From positions 310,001 through 374,000 of the forward strand of contig LSRY02000001.1 of the NCBI GenBank assembly GCA_001643675.2: 64,000 nucleotides of DNA, in the 5' to 3' direction. Every line of letters starts with the position of its first letter. Position 1 is the first letter of the stretch. The DNA is from Monocercomonoides exilis PA203. Taxonomy: Eukaryota > Protista > Preaxostyla. The notes under the pieces were generated by a model. It was not told where the DNA came from and made no database searches. It worked only from the letters and a program-made list of their open reading frames with translations. Below, piece after piece: positions 21,571 to 32,883 of the stretch. A program made the position numbers and the translations under genes.

Positions 21571-23888
21571 TCTCGTTTTTGAACAATTCTTTTTTTTTCT
21601 TCCTATTCAAAAAGGATGGTTTTCAAATAGTTCCGCAGGACACCGGTGCAATCGGGTTTGCAATTATATAAAGTCTTTTCGGTGCGATTGTGAGTAATAT
21701 CTCTGTAACATTTTCCAATCTCAGTGCATGGTCCTGTTTCTTCTTAGTCCGGCTGAGTGTGTCTATCAGCTTTTAAGCTGAGATATGCGGAGTCTTCTCC
21801 GAGTTTCATCACGCTGCACTTTGTGGCTTTTTTCTGTATCCGCCTCTCGCGGTCTTCCGAAGTCTCATTCTCTGTCTTTTCCTCGCGTTTTTTCGCAGAT
21901 TTTATTTCTTCCATTTTCTCGCGAAATTTCGCGGTTGCGATATCTTCACCTATCTCGCGAAAGTGTAATGTTTCTTTCCGTATTATCAAATCGCAATTTC
22001 TCTCAATTTCTTTCTCTCCTTATCTCGCAGTAAACTCAACTCTCTCTTCATATTAACTCTTTCGATCTTCAGAGGTTTGTTACTCCAATAATCTCGCGAC
22101 AATACATGGATCTTTTTCCTCTCTCAGTCCCGCTTTATTTCGTGGTTTCACATTGGTGATAACTTCTCTTTTAATGAATCGTATCATTTCTAATTATAAA
22201 TTTATGATATTTCACTTTTTCAGTTTTGATATTGTGTCAAAATGCAGCATGTCTATATGGGATATTATTTTTGAGATAATATAATTGTTCATCGATACAA
22301 AAAAGCTGAGTAAAGCTGTTTTAAATCCGTTTCTGCAAAAATAATTCTCTACAGCTCATTTTTTATAAGAATTCTCAAGTTCAAATGAAATAATAGAAAA
22401 TATTCGATTCTAAAAAATTAGTTGAAAATGATCAATATGAAACATAATAAAATGATTTTGCTATCGAAATTTTCGAAATTTTTTTCTGAAACAAAACACA
22501 ACTTAAACGCGAGTCAGCATATTTTTTTTGTTTTTAAAAAAGAATGATAAAAATTATGCTGAATATCTATTACCAATTTCAGTGATTTGAATGATTAACT
22601 TTGTGATTCATGCACAGAAAAAGCATGCAGAAATGATCATTTTATTACTAACCGGAAAAAAGTTCAATTATATCCGTGTTAAAGCAAGATATTCGGGTTT
22701 GCTTATTGTTCCAAGTTTTTTTTAACAATAATAACTTTTTGTTTTTAACTGTTAAAAAACCTTATTGCTTCTGAAGAACTCAAAAGGTAATCATTCGATT
22801 TTAACGATGATAATCCTTTCACGTGTTGTTTATTTCTTTTGCACAACATCTTTGCTATTCGAACAACATCAATTAACATTCATCGCTTATTGAGAATTTT
22901 TCGAATCGTTTTTTTATCCCATGAGAAATCGCAATCATCATCGATGATATGAGACAACGAAGATTTGTCTTTATTGATCACATACTGATGATGTTTCAAA
23001 TAGGTGAATAATTGATCAAAAAAATCGAAGAAATGTTGACATTGCCAATATGTTCATTTAAAAAAAACTCACAAATGCTTTTCAGAGATTCACTCACAAA
23101 CATCGACAGACTGTGAAAAGTCCTATAAATGAAGCAGCTGTTCAACTTTTATAATCAGTCCTTTGCACACAAATGAACTCGTATTTTTCATTTGATATGT
23201 TTCAGAAAATTTCGATAGAAAAGAACTGAAACTGCACATTCTGAATATCAATTTCTTTTCACAAAATTATATTGCAATTATGCAATCTTTTTTTTTTATT
23301 TTGTCAACCTTCAATCTGTCCAAAGAAAAACAATATTCACAAATAGAAATCCATTTTTCATTTTGAAATAAAAGCGAACAAACACATAAATGGAAACAAT
23401 CAGAAAAAGATAGCTCTTATTCAAAAAACAAACAAAAAAGCCAACGAATAATCTGTAAAAAAATCACCACCAATAAATATTCGATAAATCAACGAAAAAA
23501 CAAAACGATAAATCAAAGTTTTAATTTCATAATCAACTCTTATAAATAAGATGATTAAAAAAACTAATAAAACAAGACATGCAAACTAATGGAGATCACA
23601 AAAAAAAAGCCATGACATATCGATTAATAATTAAAAAAACCAACATCACTTCAACAAAAAAAGAAAACTCATTTATGAAGCAGCAATAAAGATTCCAATC
23701 CATCAGGTTTGACGAATTCGAAAATTAAAGTAAAAAGAAGATTATGCAAATAAATCACAAAGAATCGAAAATAATCACAAAATTAAAAGTGAAATTTGTT
23801 CAGAAGTTCTGTGCCATTGCTCTTATCAAAATTTTGATCGAAAATGCTCACTTCTTTCAGCTCAAAAAAATTAAATTCAAAATTTTAA

Positions 23889-23981
23889 AATAAAAAATAA
23901 AAAATAAAAAATAAAAAATAAAAAAATAAAAAAATAAAAAAATAAAAAATAAAAAATAAAAAATAAAAAATAAAAAATAAA
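23889..23981 (+). repeat. (TAAAAAA)n A-rich tandem repeat
   Basis: Read directly. Confidence 0.85.
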
Positions 23982-24303
23982 TGAGATTTAATGATTGAAT
24001 ATAGCGTACAATTAATTATGCACCTGGGAGGCAACACGACATATCCAAGTCCGGACAGTTAAGCAGTTAACTTAAAAGTCTATTTCATGTTGTCTTGTCC
24101 AATGATATTCGAAAGAATAATGGATGAGCTTGCATAACTTATGCACTTAAAGGATAATGTTTCCATGCACCTGGGAGACATTGCAACGTATCCAGGTCCG
24201 GATAGAAAAGTTAAAAACAATTCTATCAAATTCGCAAAGTCTTGTCCAGCTTTCTCCCTATGAAAACTGGCTAAGCATGCATGAAAACACACATTGTTTT
24301 TAG

Positions 24304-27300
24304 TTATTTTTTAAAAAATGAATAAGAATTGTTAAAAGATAAAGAAAAATCTGAGCTTTTAAGAAGTGAAGATCTTCTTTCAAGATTTTGAATAGATTGT
24401 TGCGGCAAAAAAGGTTGAACAAACTCACATTCTGGTTTTGATGTTATTTGAATTCTTGCGATTTTTTCGATATTCTCCTTCTTCACTTTCCCCTCCAAAT
24501 TTATCAATGCCTGCTGTGAAAGAAATCCTACCGCTGAGCCACAAATGATATCTCCTGTTTTCTCGAAGTAAAGATAGTCTCTCATATTTGCAATCGAAAG
24601 AGATGGCCAAGTTGTTTGCTGAGTCGGAATATATTCTTCAAAATACCGTTCGTGAATTTCAATTGATCCATTTTTCAAATTCGAAGATTTCTGGTGATGG
24701 TATTCTTCAGATGATACAGTTGATTTGTTTGTATGCGTTTTAAGAAATTCTATCATATCTTCTAATGATTCAATATTTTCCGTTGTAATATTGGACTTAA
24801 TTGCATTGACAAGAACACCAAATTCGCTGTCGCAGATGTCCCTGCCATGATGTTCGCAGAAAAAGTTTAAAATGCATTTCTTTTTCTTTTAAAGGGAAGA
24901 TTTGTTGGATAAAATGAAGTGCAGCTCATATCGATTTCGATTGTGTGGACCTGCATCACAAAAGAATTTGAATGTTTTGGTGTTACGATAACACGATCTA
25001 CTCAGAACAGATGTTAAACACTGAATAACGAATCTAAAATCATTTGAGAGGCAGCGAGAAAGAAAGTTGTAGGTTCTTTTGTAGGTGATCGAGTTAGTGC
25101 GTTGAAATGAAATGACTGTGAAATGAGAAAGTTGTTTGTATGTGAAAAATTCTTGTTGCAATTGATCTTTTCGAAGTGGAATTCTCCATTTTTCCTTAAA
25201 GTCAAAAACACACAGAACTTCATTTTCCTTCAAAGATGAAAGTGTATCGGAATAGTGCTTGCGCTGCATTTCTGCAATAGCGCGATGACGTCCAAGAAGA
25301 GATATCAGTTTTTCTTTTTCTTCATGGAATTTATTTCCTATCATTGGTTGATCTTTTCTGCTCTGAAGTTGCTCAAGTTTATTGCATAATCCGCACATAT
25401 CACTTCGACGCTTGGCTCTGCTGAACTGAACCGTAAGCTTATAGAAATATGAAAGGGAAATTTTGATATTCGTTTCCCTCACAAAATCCTCCCAAAGTTT
25501 TGTCTTTGGTTTGTCTATTAGTCTTTTTTCATTCGGTGAAAAAATCTTGTATTTTGACTGATATTCATTAAGTTCACTTGAGACATCATGTGTTTTATTA
25601 TTCAATGCACAAGAAAACTGTTCGCTCATTGTTCTTTGTTCAATTCCCTTCACAACTGATTTGCTTAATGTGTGGCATGTGAAATCTTGATTTATTCGTT
25701 TGTGTTTTTCAATTCCTTCATTAACAAATGAGAAATCACTGTGTTCATCAATTTTGACGTAGTATGTCAGTGAAAATAGACAATTTTTGTTATTCAAATA
25801 TTGCCAAAAACTATCTCATTTCTGAAAACATAAAGGATGAACACTCTTGTCGTTGCATAAACAGAAAGGACATTTGAATGCTTTCGGATTTCTTGCTACA
25901 GAGACAAAATGTCCAAGAGAATCATTAAGCTTGGTGTGCAAAACTTGTCCCACAAAAACATATGCTGAGTGAAATTGCTTCTCAGATAATTTTTTTTTCA
26001 AATATTCGTCAGAACTGGAAATATTGCAAGTTGAAAAAGCCAAGACGTTATCATCTTCTTTCTGATAAACAGCAAATTGAAGTGGTGGAGGACATAATGA
26101 TTTTGTTTCACATTCATGACTCAATATTAAACAATCAGGAAATTGATCAATAGATGCAAGACGTTCTGAGTGGCAGTGTCTCTTGCAGTTTTCACAATAT
26201 ACTCTATTGTTGAACGTCAATGTTTCAGTTCTGAAAAATTGATTCAATCAAGATACAACATCATTTGAATTAATAGGGAAGAATAGTTGGTTTGCTTCTG
26301 TTTTGTGAACTCCATGGCATTGTTGGCATTTTGTGCGATATTCAATTCGATTCATAAACTTGTGTTTGATTGATGAATTTTTATCGATAAATGTGTTCAG
26401 GACCCATTGGTTTGCTTCAAATGCAGATTGTTGTTGGCGATGTTGCAACCCGTTTTCCCTTTCAAATTGATCAATTAATAGATGGGACCAAGATTTCGGA
26501 TTAGTAGTTGCATCAAAAATTTTTTTGAATATGTTCAAAAATTGACTTGATAAACTGAAATCTTTTTCTTGATGAAAAAAAAGTGTCTTGTTGAATAATG
26601 AAACAGACGCAAGGCATTGCAAGATACTTGCCAAGAAGCATGTGTTATCAAGATTATCCAATCCTTTCCTTTTTAATTCAATGCTGCTCAGGTTTTCTCC
26701 TGTTTCTGTTTCACAATGATTTGCTTGTGGGCAATGGTCTATGCCTGAACATTGTATATTTTCTGAAAGCAAGGGGGATACAACAGAGTCAACTCTATCC
26801 AATTGTCCTGGTTTTATTGAATGAAGGATTTTTTCCGTTGTATTTATCAATGTTGGATTGCACAGGAAATGCGGAACATTTCTCGATTCTTTCGAAACTT
26901 TCCCCATTTCAGTAAAATCAGTGCACAGAAATATCTCTTTCCCGCCGAAAGTTTGCTGGCTTTGAATAAATTCACATTTATTCAGCTCGATCGATGTTTC
27001 TGGTTTATCATGCGATTATATCGATTTAAACGTGTTGATGGAAATTATTGAAGGCGAATTTGGATAAACAATTGGTTGAGTCGAATTGGGATCGCATTCG
27101 CTCTTTTTGCACAGAGAATTGGGATTTGTTGAACTTTTCTTCTGAAATTGTGCTTTGTTGGTTTTTGAAGTGTTTCTTTTCAATTTCCCACTGTTGCGTC
27201 TATGATTTCCGAGTCTGACAGAATTTGGTTTGGAATTATCCTTTGTTTCAGATATTTCTTTATATCTTAATCTTTTGTCTGCAGAAACATTATTTAAAGT

Positions 27301-28086
27301 TTCTTCCATGTTGTTAATAGCGGATTTGTTGTGAAAGGTTTGATGCGATTTTTCAGTTATTATTATATCATCCCATTCTCGTTCTTCAAATAAACTGATA
27401 TCCATTATCTTTTTTTTGGATTGTTTTAATTTTCCAAATGTTGAAGATGAAGGAGAAGAATGTTCCAGTAACCAACTGTATCCTTTAATCCATTCGCTTT
27501 GTGAAAGACCTAAAAAAATTCACATGAGTTTTTAAAAATAATGAAAATTATGAAAATAATGAATTTTATATAAAACTTAACCTTTTTTGCATGAAGGTGT
27601 TGAAGGTTTTTGAGGAGTAATAATATCACCTCGATTTTTCTGTAACGTCTGCTTTGCATGGTTTATTTTTCCTTGTGTTATGTTGTAATTGTAAGATAAC
27701 AAAATCTTTGGAGAAGAATGACGAGACAAGGCTTGAAGCATCATTGTCTGTGTATGAGTAGGTGTAGTGTTGTATACGATCGATAAATCATGCAAAAGTT
27801 CGTCATATGACTCTGACATAAAAAAAAAAAGCATTTTCATAATTTTTTTTCCAAATCAAAAAAAAGTATTAACAATTATTTTGTCAATCTTTACAAATTT
27901 AAAAAGAAAGAGCAAACCGTTTATTGATTTTTTAACATTTTTAACAAACGGTTCTGCTTCTTTATGGTGCAGAAACAAATACGTCAAAACTTGCTCCAGA
28001 GATTCACCACAAGTTTTCTTCATGGAATCAAGCAACTTTGAAGCATGAACAGAAATAGTAGATTTGCTATTTATCTGATTCGACAT
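24304..28086 (-). pseudogene. Intron-containing Sola2-like DDD transposase with an in-frame USP (peptidase C19) domain; four in-frame stops
   Basis: ORFs 27016..27405, 26248..26907, 25816..26247, 24889..25797 and 24304..24756 are one frame broken by TAA, TGA, TGA, TAA. Transposase motifs SDMCGLC, VFDFKEKW, LSNDF, FFCDAGPHNRN, FFCEHHGRDICDSEFG; USP motifs GLDNLDNTCFLASILQCL, QQSAFE, GHF, CND. Confidence 0.8.
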
Positions 28087-29136
28087 GATTGTGATGAAGA
28101 AAACAATGAAAGACCAAAATGATCCAAAAAAAATAATTTGGAAAATTTTCGAAGAGAATTTATTAATAGTTATAATAAATCCGTAAAGACAAAATTCATA
28201 ATGATATAATATTAGATAAATGTTCTTCAACTGCTTCATTATTGCTTCTCTTTTTCAATTCATCTTCTTTGTATTGATTTCTCACAAATTCATCCAAATG
28301 GAATCATTTTCTGTGAATACTCCACGTTTTTTTAACATTTCTATTTCTTTTATTCATGATTATATCTTTCAACATAACACTCATTTTAACAATTATTTCG
28401 TTTTTTCTATTGCAGAAAAATACTTAAGAATGAAAATAAAGAACCTTTTAAGCTTTTGAAATGAATAAGAATGACTTGCAGCGGATATTTGCCTATCAGC
28501 TTATTCAAAGAACCCATTTCTCAGGAGATTAATCAATGATTATGATTAACAACAACAATTCCAATTGATATATCGATGTATGATTCTAAAAAAAATGTTG
28601 AAAAAAAAACAACTTCGAGTGAAAGTGAGTATTCAGTGCATAGCATCAAAAATGTTTCTTTTATCGATAAAGACACAGCCATTTATTGTTTCGCGTTCAT
28701 ATGCTTTTTGCCTTTAGCTTCTGCATTCTGCTTTTTCTTTTCTTCTTTCTTTTCCTCTTCCTTCTTTGCATAATTCTTTTTCTTTACATCTTCACTTTTG
28801 TAAATATCTTGTTTTAATTCTTGTTTTTTTTCCTTCGTTTCCATTGTCACTTTAAGTATTTCTTTCTTTCATTTTTTTAACATTTTCCTTTTCTGTATAT
28901 GATGTATATTCTTCTCCTTCAGATGCATTTCAGCTCAGAGTGCATTTACAGATGTCTCAGAAGCTATAGGAGTGATGCCGTATGCAATCGAATCCACTTT
29001 TCTAAATGAAACAATAATAATATCCTTTAGAGAAAGAATCTTGAGCATTGGCAGAATAAAAAGCTGAAGTTCATTGAGCGGATCAGATGGTAGTTCGGAA
29101 GATGAAAAAGAAAGCTCATAGGAAGTTGAAGTAGTA

Positions 29137-30118
29137 GGTGAGTATTTTTATTGGCACCAGTTTTTTTATTGGCACCAAAAATTATTTTCATTATCTTCAT
29201 TTCATTAAAGCTCATAAATCTGTTTCATAACTTAAGAACAATAAACAAATAAAAATTAAGCTATACGTCAAATATTTGTTTAAAAAACTTTCTCAGAAAA
29301 ACGATCTAATAATTATTAACTTTCATATTTCGATCAATATTTCGCTCGTATTTTCTTGACTGATTGCTGTTGCGAGTTTTTATCACGGAATTCACAAAAA
29401 CAATTGTATTTTCCGTATTTGTTTCTTATTCGTTATATTTTGAACTATTTATTTAAGTGTATTTTTGCATTTCACCACTTTTGTTTAAACATGCAAAATC
29501 ACGTGAATGTGTATGTTTTGGAAAAAAATGTCTAAAGAAATTGATAAAATAATCTTTATTGAATATTGTACATGTTTTGAAAATAAAATTTAATTCAAAA
29601 TTAAAAAGAAATCAAAGGATCATGTTTTTTAAAGAATAGCATTTATTTAAGTTATTACAAATTGGCAATTATCAAATATCAAGAACTTAGTTCTAAATAC
29701 ACCTTTTATATATTTTCAACTTCATGTAAATTAATAAAACACACACATTCACGTGATTTTGCATGTTTAAACAAAAGTGGTGAAATGCAAAAATACACTT
29801 AAATAAATAGTTCAAAATATAACGAATAAGAAACAAATACGGAAAATACAATTGTTTTTGTGAATTCCGTGATAAAAACTCGCAACAGCAATCAGTCAAG
29901 AAAATACGAGCGAAATATTGATCGAAATATGAAAGTTAATAATTATTAGATCGTTTTTCTGAGAAAGTTTTTTAAACAAATATTTGACGTATAGCTTAAT
30001 TTTTATTTGTTTATTGTTCTTAAGTTATGAAACAGATTTATGAGCTTTAATGAAATGAAGATAATGAAAATAATTTTTGGTGCCAATAAAAAAACTGGTG
30101 CCAATAAAAATACTCACC
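29137..30118. mobile_element. Non-autonomous foldback/MITE-like element, 982 bp, ~383-bp TIRs, TA target duplication
   Basis: 29137-29519 and 29736-30118 are near-perfect inverted repeats around a 216-bp spacer; TA|GGTGAG...CTCACC|TA; removing the element and one TA restores EVEVVKREEKEKKKI in the flank. Confidence 0.9.
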
Positions 30119-30999
30119 TAAAAAGAGAAGAAAAAGAAAAGAAGAAAATTGTTCATATTCTTCATCAACTTTCCTCATCAGTACTTTTTCATTATTCACC
30201 TTCAACCTCACTCCGCATCCACCTTTCTGAAGAAATTTGGTGCATCTTCTCTTCACTTGTATCCTCTCACATGCCTTTAAAGCTTCTCACCTTCAGCTGC
30301 TCTGCCTTCTCCAGCACCAGTTACAGGATCTCCAGTGTATCCTCAGTAGAATCGTTCACCTCTACATGAATGTTTGAATGGAGAATGCTTTTCATGAGGC
30401 TCTGAAGTTAGTAACTTTATTGGACTGTTTATTACCAGAAATAAAATTCAAAATTTAATAAAAAACAAAAAATTCAGATCAAAAAAAATAGAAAACATTT
30501 ATTATCATTGGCTTCCGAAATCTTTTCAAATGGAAATTAAAAAAAATAAAATATTTGCTTAAAAATTGCTTACGAACAAAATAACGAGAACAATTGTATT
30601 GTGGCAAAAACAGTTCAGGAAATGCAGCCAATGTTGTTTATGTGGACACAGAACCAATGAATCTTCCAACAAATCTTGCACTATTCTGAGTGCTTTCAAA
30701 TTATTATCCACAGAATGGCTGATCAAAATGGCAATCTGAAAAAGGATGTTTCCATTTATACGTCTCTGCTTATCATCCCTTCGTTTTGACCCAAGACTCA
30801 GTATCTCTTTAACGATCTCTGAGAAGCGTATTTGACAGTCAATCACCAGAGCAAATGGCCAGCAGAACGAGTTGTGTGACATGGTCATTTCGTTGGAGAT
30901 GCGCGTGGAACGTGCGAGCTCCAGGATGCAGGTTGATGTTGACTCAACCTCGTTGTCGAACAACATATTGGAGAGAAAATCATGAAAAGATGAAATCGG

Positions 31000-32300
31000 T
31001 TAAGGCGAAGAAAACGAAAACGACTGTGGGAATTGTGGTTGTGGTTGGAAAATACCACTGAAGGAGATGGTGGTGGCAATTGTGCCATTTCCTGTGACTC
31101 TTGTATTTGGAGCACGAAACATGAGTGTCTGAGCTGGAGTGAAAGTGGAGATGAGGAGGGTGAGGGAGGCATCATCGAAGGGAGCAATGAAGCTGTTGAG
31201 GACATACTCCACTGTAGCGCATGGGCTTTGCTGTGTTTTGCCACATGCATCTGCATCACTTCCACCATTTGAAACTATTTTGTTCTGGTTGATGATTGAA
31301 AGCCAGTCATTATACACAGCATTATCAGCTTGTCCATTATTCCACACTCTTTTTGTTGGAGTTTTTGAACCGCATTGCTGGAATGGAGACTGAGTTATGG
31401 CATTGCCACTGAAGAACACGTCATTCCCTCTGCTATTTGCAGCTGTATTTCCATCGAAGAAACAGAACGTGATGAATTTTATTCCATTCATCAATGGAAA
31501 TGACACTTCCGTAAAAATTCCAGCTCCACCACGTGTTGTTGAATTTGTCAATTTATTATTGATGAATAGGCACTCACTGATTGAAAACTAAGTTGGATTG
31601 TTTTGTGGGGGCCAATTGAATGTTAGAGCACCAGTTGAATCGTTTCCAGCATTTGCGATGCACTTGTATTTAAAAAACAAGAATTGAAAATTTGTATAAT
31701 CATTTCCGAGACCAAAATGCCAACCAGTTCCGCACCAGTTTGTTATTGAACAGCTCTCCACTCTGTTGTCTAAAAACGAATAAACAGAAGATGATTGTCT
31801 TCCATCAATGTTAATTGCTCCTCCCTGCTTCGCTTGACAACTTGTGAAATTGGATTTTGCGAAATTGACATTTTGCAAATATCTGCAAAATAATGCTCCT
31901 CCATGATCACCAGTTGAACAATTGCGAAAAGAACAAGATGCTATTGTGAGATTTGCGTTTGTGCAGTTAACTATCAGTGCACCTCCCCAGGCACTTCAGC
32001 TATTTGAATTATCCCATTCGCACCACTCAAATTTATGGCTGCTCTCATCTAACGAAGTCAGTCTTCCTGGTCTCTTTCTATCAGTTTCAGTTCCTACATG
32101 CACCTCTGCAGCATTTGATAAAGATATTGTTTGGTGGAGGAAAGAAACATTGAAGGCAGAGAGAGAAGTGGCAGGGCTGTTGATGTTGGGGAGGATAGCG
32201 CCATCGATGGGGTTGTGAGTGTGTTTGAAGATGGATGAGTGGATGGAAAGAGATGAGTGAAGGGAGAAGGAGGGTATTGAATTGGTGTTGGTTGAAGTGA
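31000..32300 (-). pseudogene. Truncated GG-repeat beta-helix surface protein pseudogene
   Basis: WGGALI, HGGALFC, QGGAIN, RGGAGI, FDGN...GNDV, DADACG...PCAT motifs in one frame interrupted by TGA (~31996) and TAG (31588). Confidence 0.7.
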
Positions 32301-32883
32301 ACCTGAAATTTGATTTTACAAAAACAAAAGTACTTTTTTAACTGTAATCTGGTCTCAATTTGCATGAAATGCCTTTTGATTATTCTAGCTTTGTTCATTT
32401 TTATGACGGTTGTTGAAACGATAAGTTAGAAAAAGAATTCTTTTTTATCAATAAAAATTTTCAATTATTATAATTCAGATTTATTAAAAAAGAGTGTCAC
32501 AAAATTTTTTCTTTTCTTTTTGTTTCTGAATGTTTTATATTTTTAAATAACTTCATTGCACTTTGTTAAAAAAAGATATCTTAATTAAAAAATGTTCAGT
32601 CAGACGATAATACCAAAATAATATTAAGTACCATTATTTATGTATATTTCACACTTTTTTTGTATCCAAAGAATTTTTAGATAAGCCCTTTCGTGAAATG
32701 ACCGTTATTTGCTGAAAACGTAAGTCTTTTATTTGTTTTCAATTCCTATAACTGAATACATTTGTTTTCTTGTTGTTGATGTCTCATATGATGTTTTTTT
32801 CTTTTTTCCCCTTTTTGGTGGATATAATGCAAAACAATATTTTTATCAAAAATTCTTTTAACGAATTTTGAAGATAATGCGCA

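Larger units (their letters stand above)
19165..22200 (-). mobile_element. 3' portion of a second, degenerate DIRS-type element (3' ITR, ICR, decayed tyrosine recombinase)
   Basis: ITR 19184-19245 pairs with 49712-49773; ICR at ~19826-19920; YR remnant at 20.5-21.6 kb. The internal boundary (~22200) is approximate. Confidence 0.8.

Noticed and set aside
24304-27405. Genome-wide alternative genetic code as the explanation for in-frame stops
   Set aside because: Intact genes in the window are long and open in the standard code and end in TAA, TAG and TGA.
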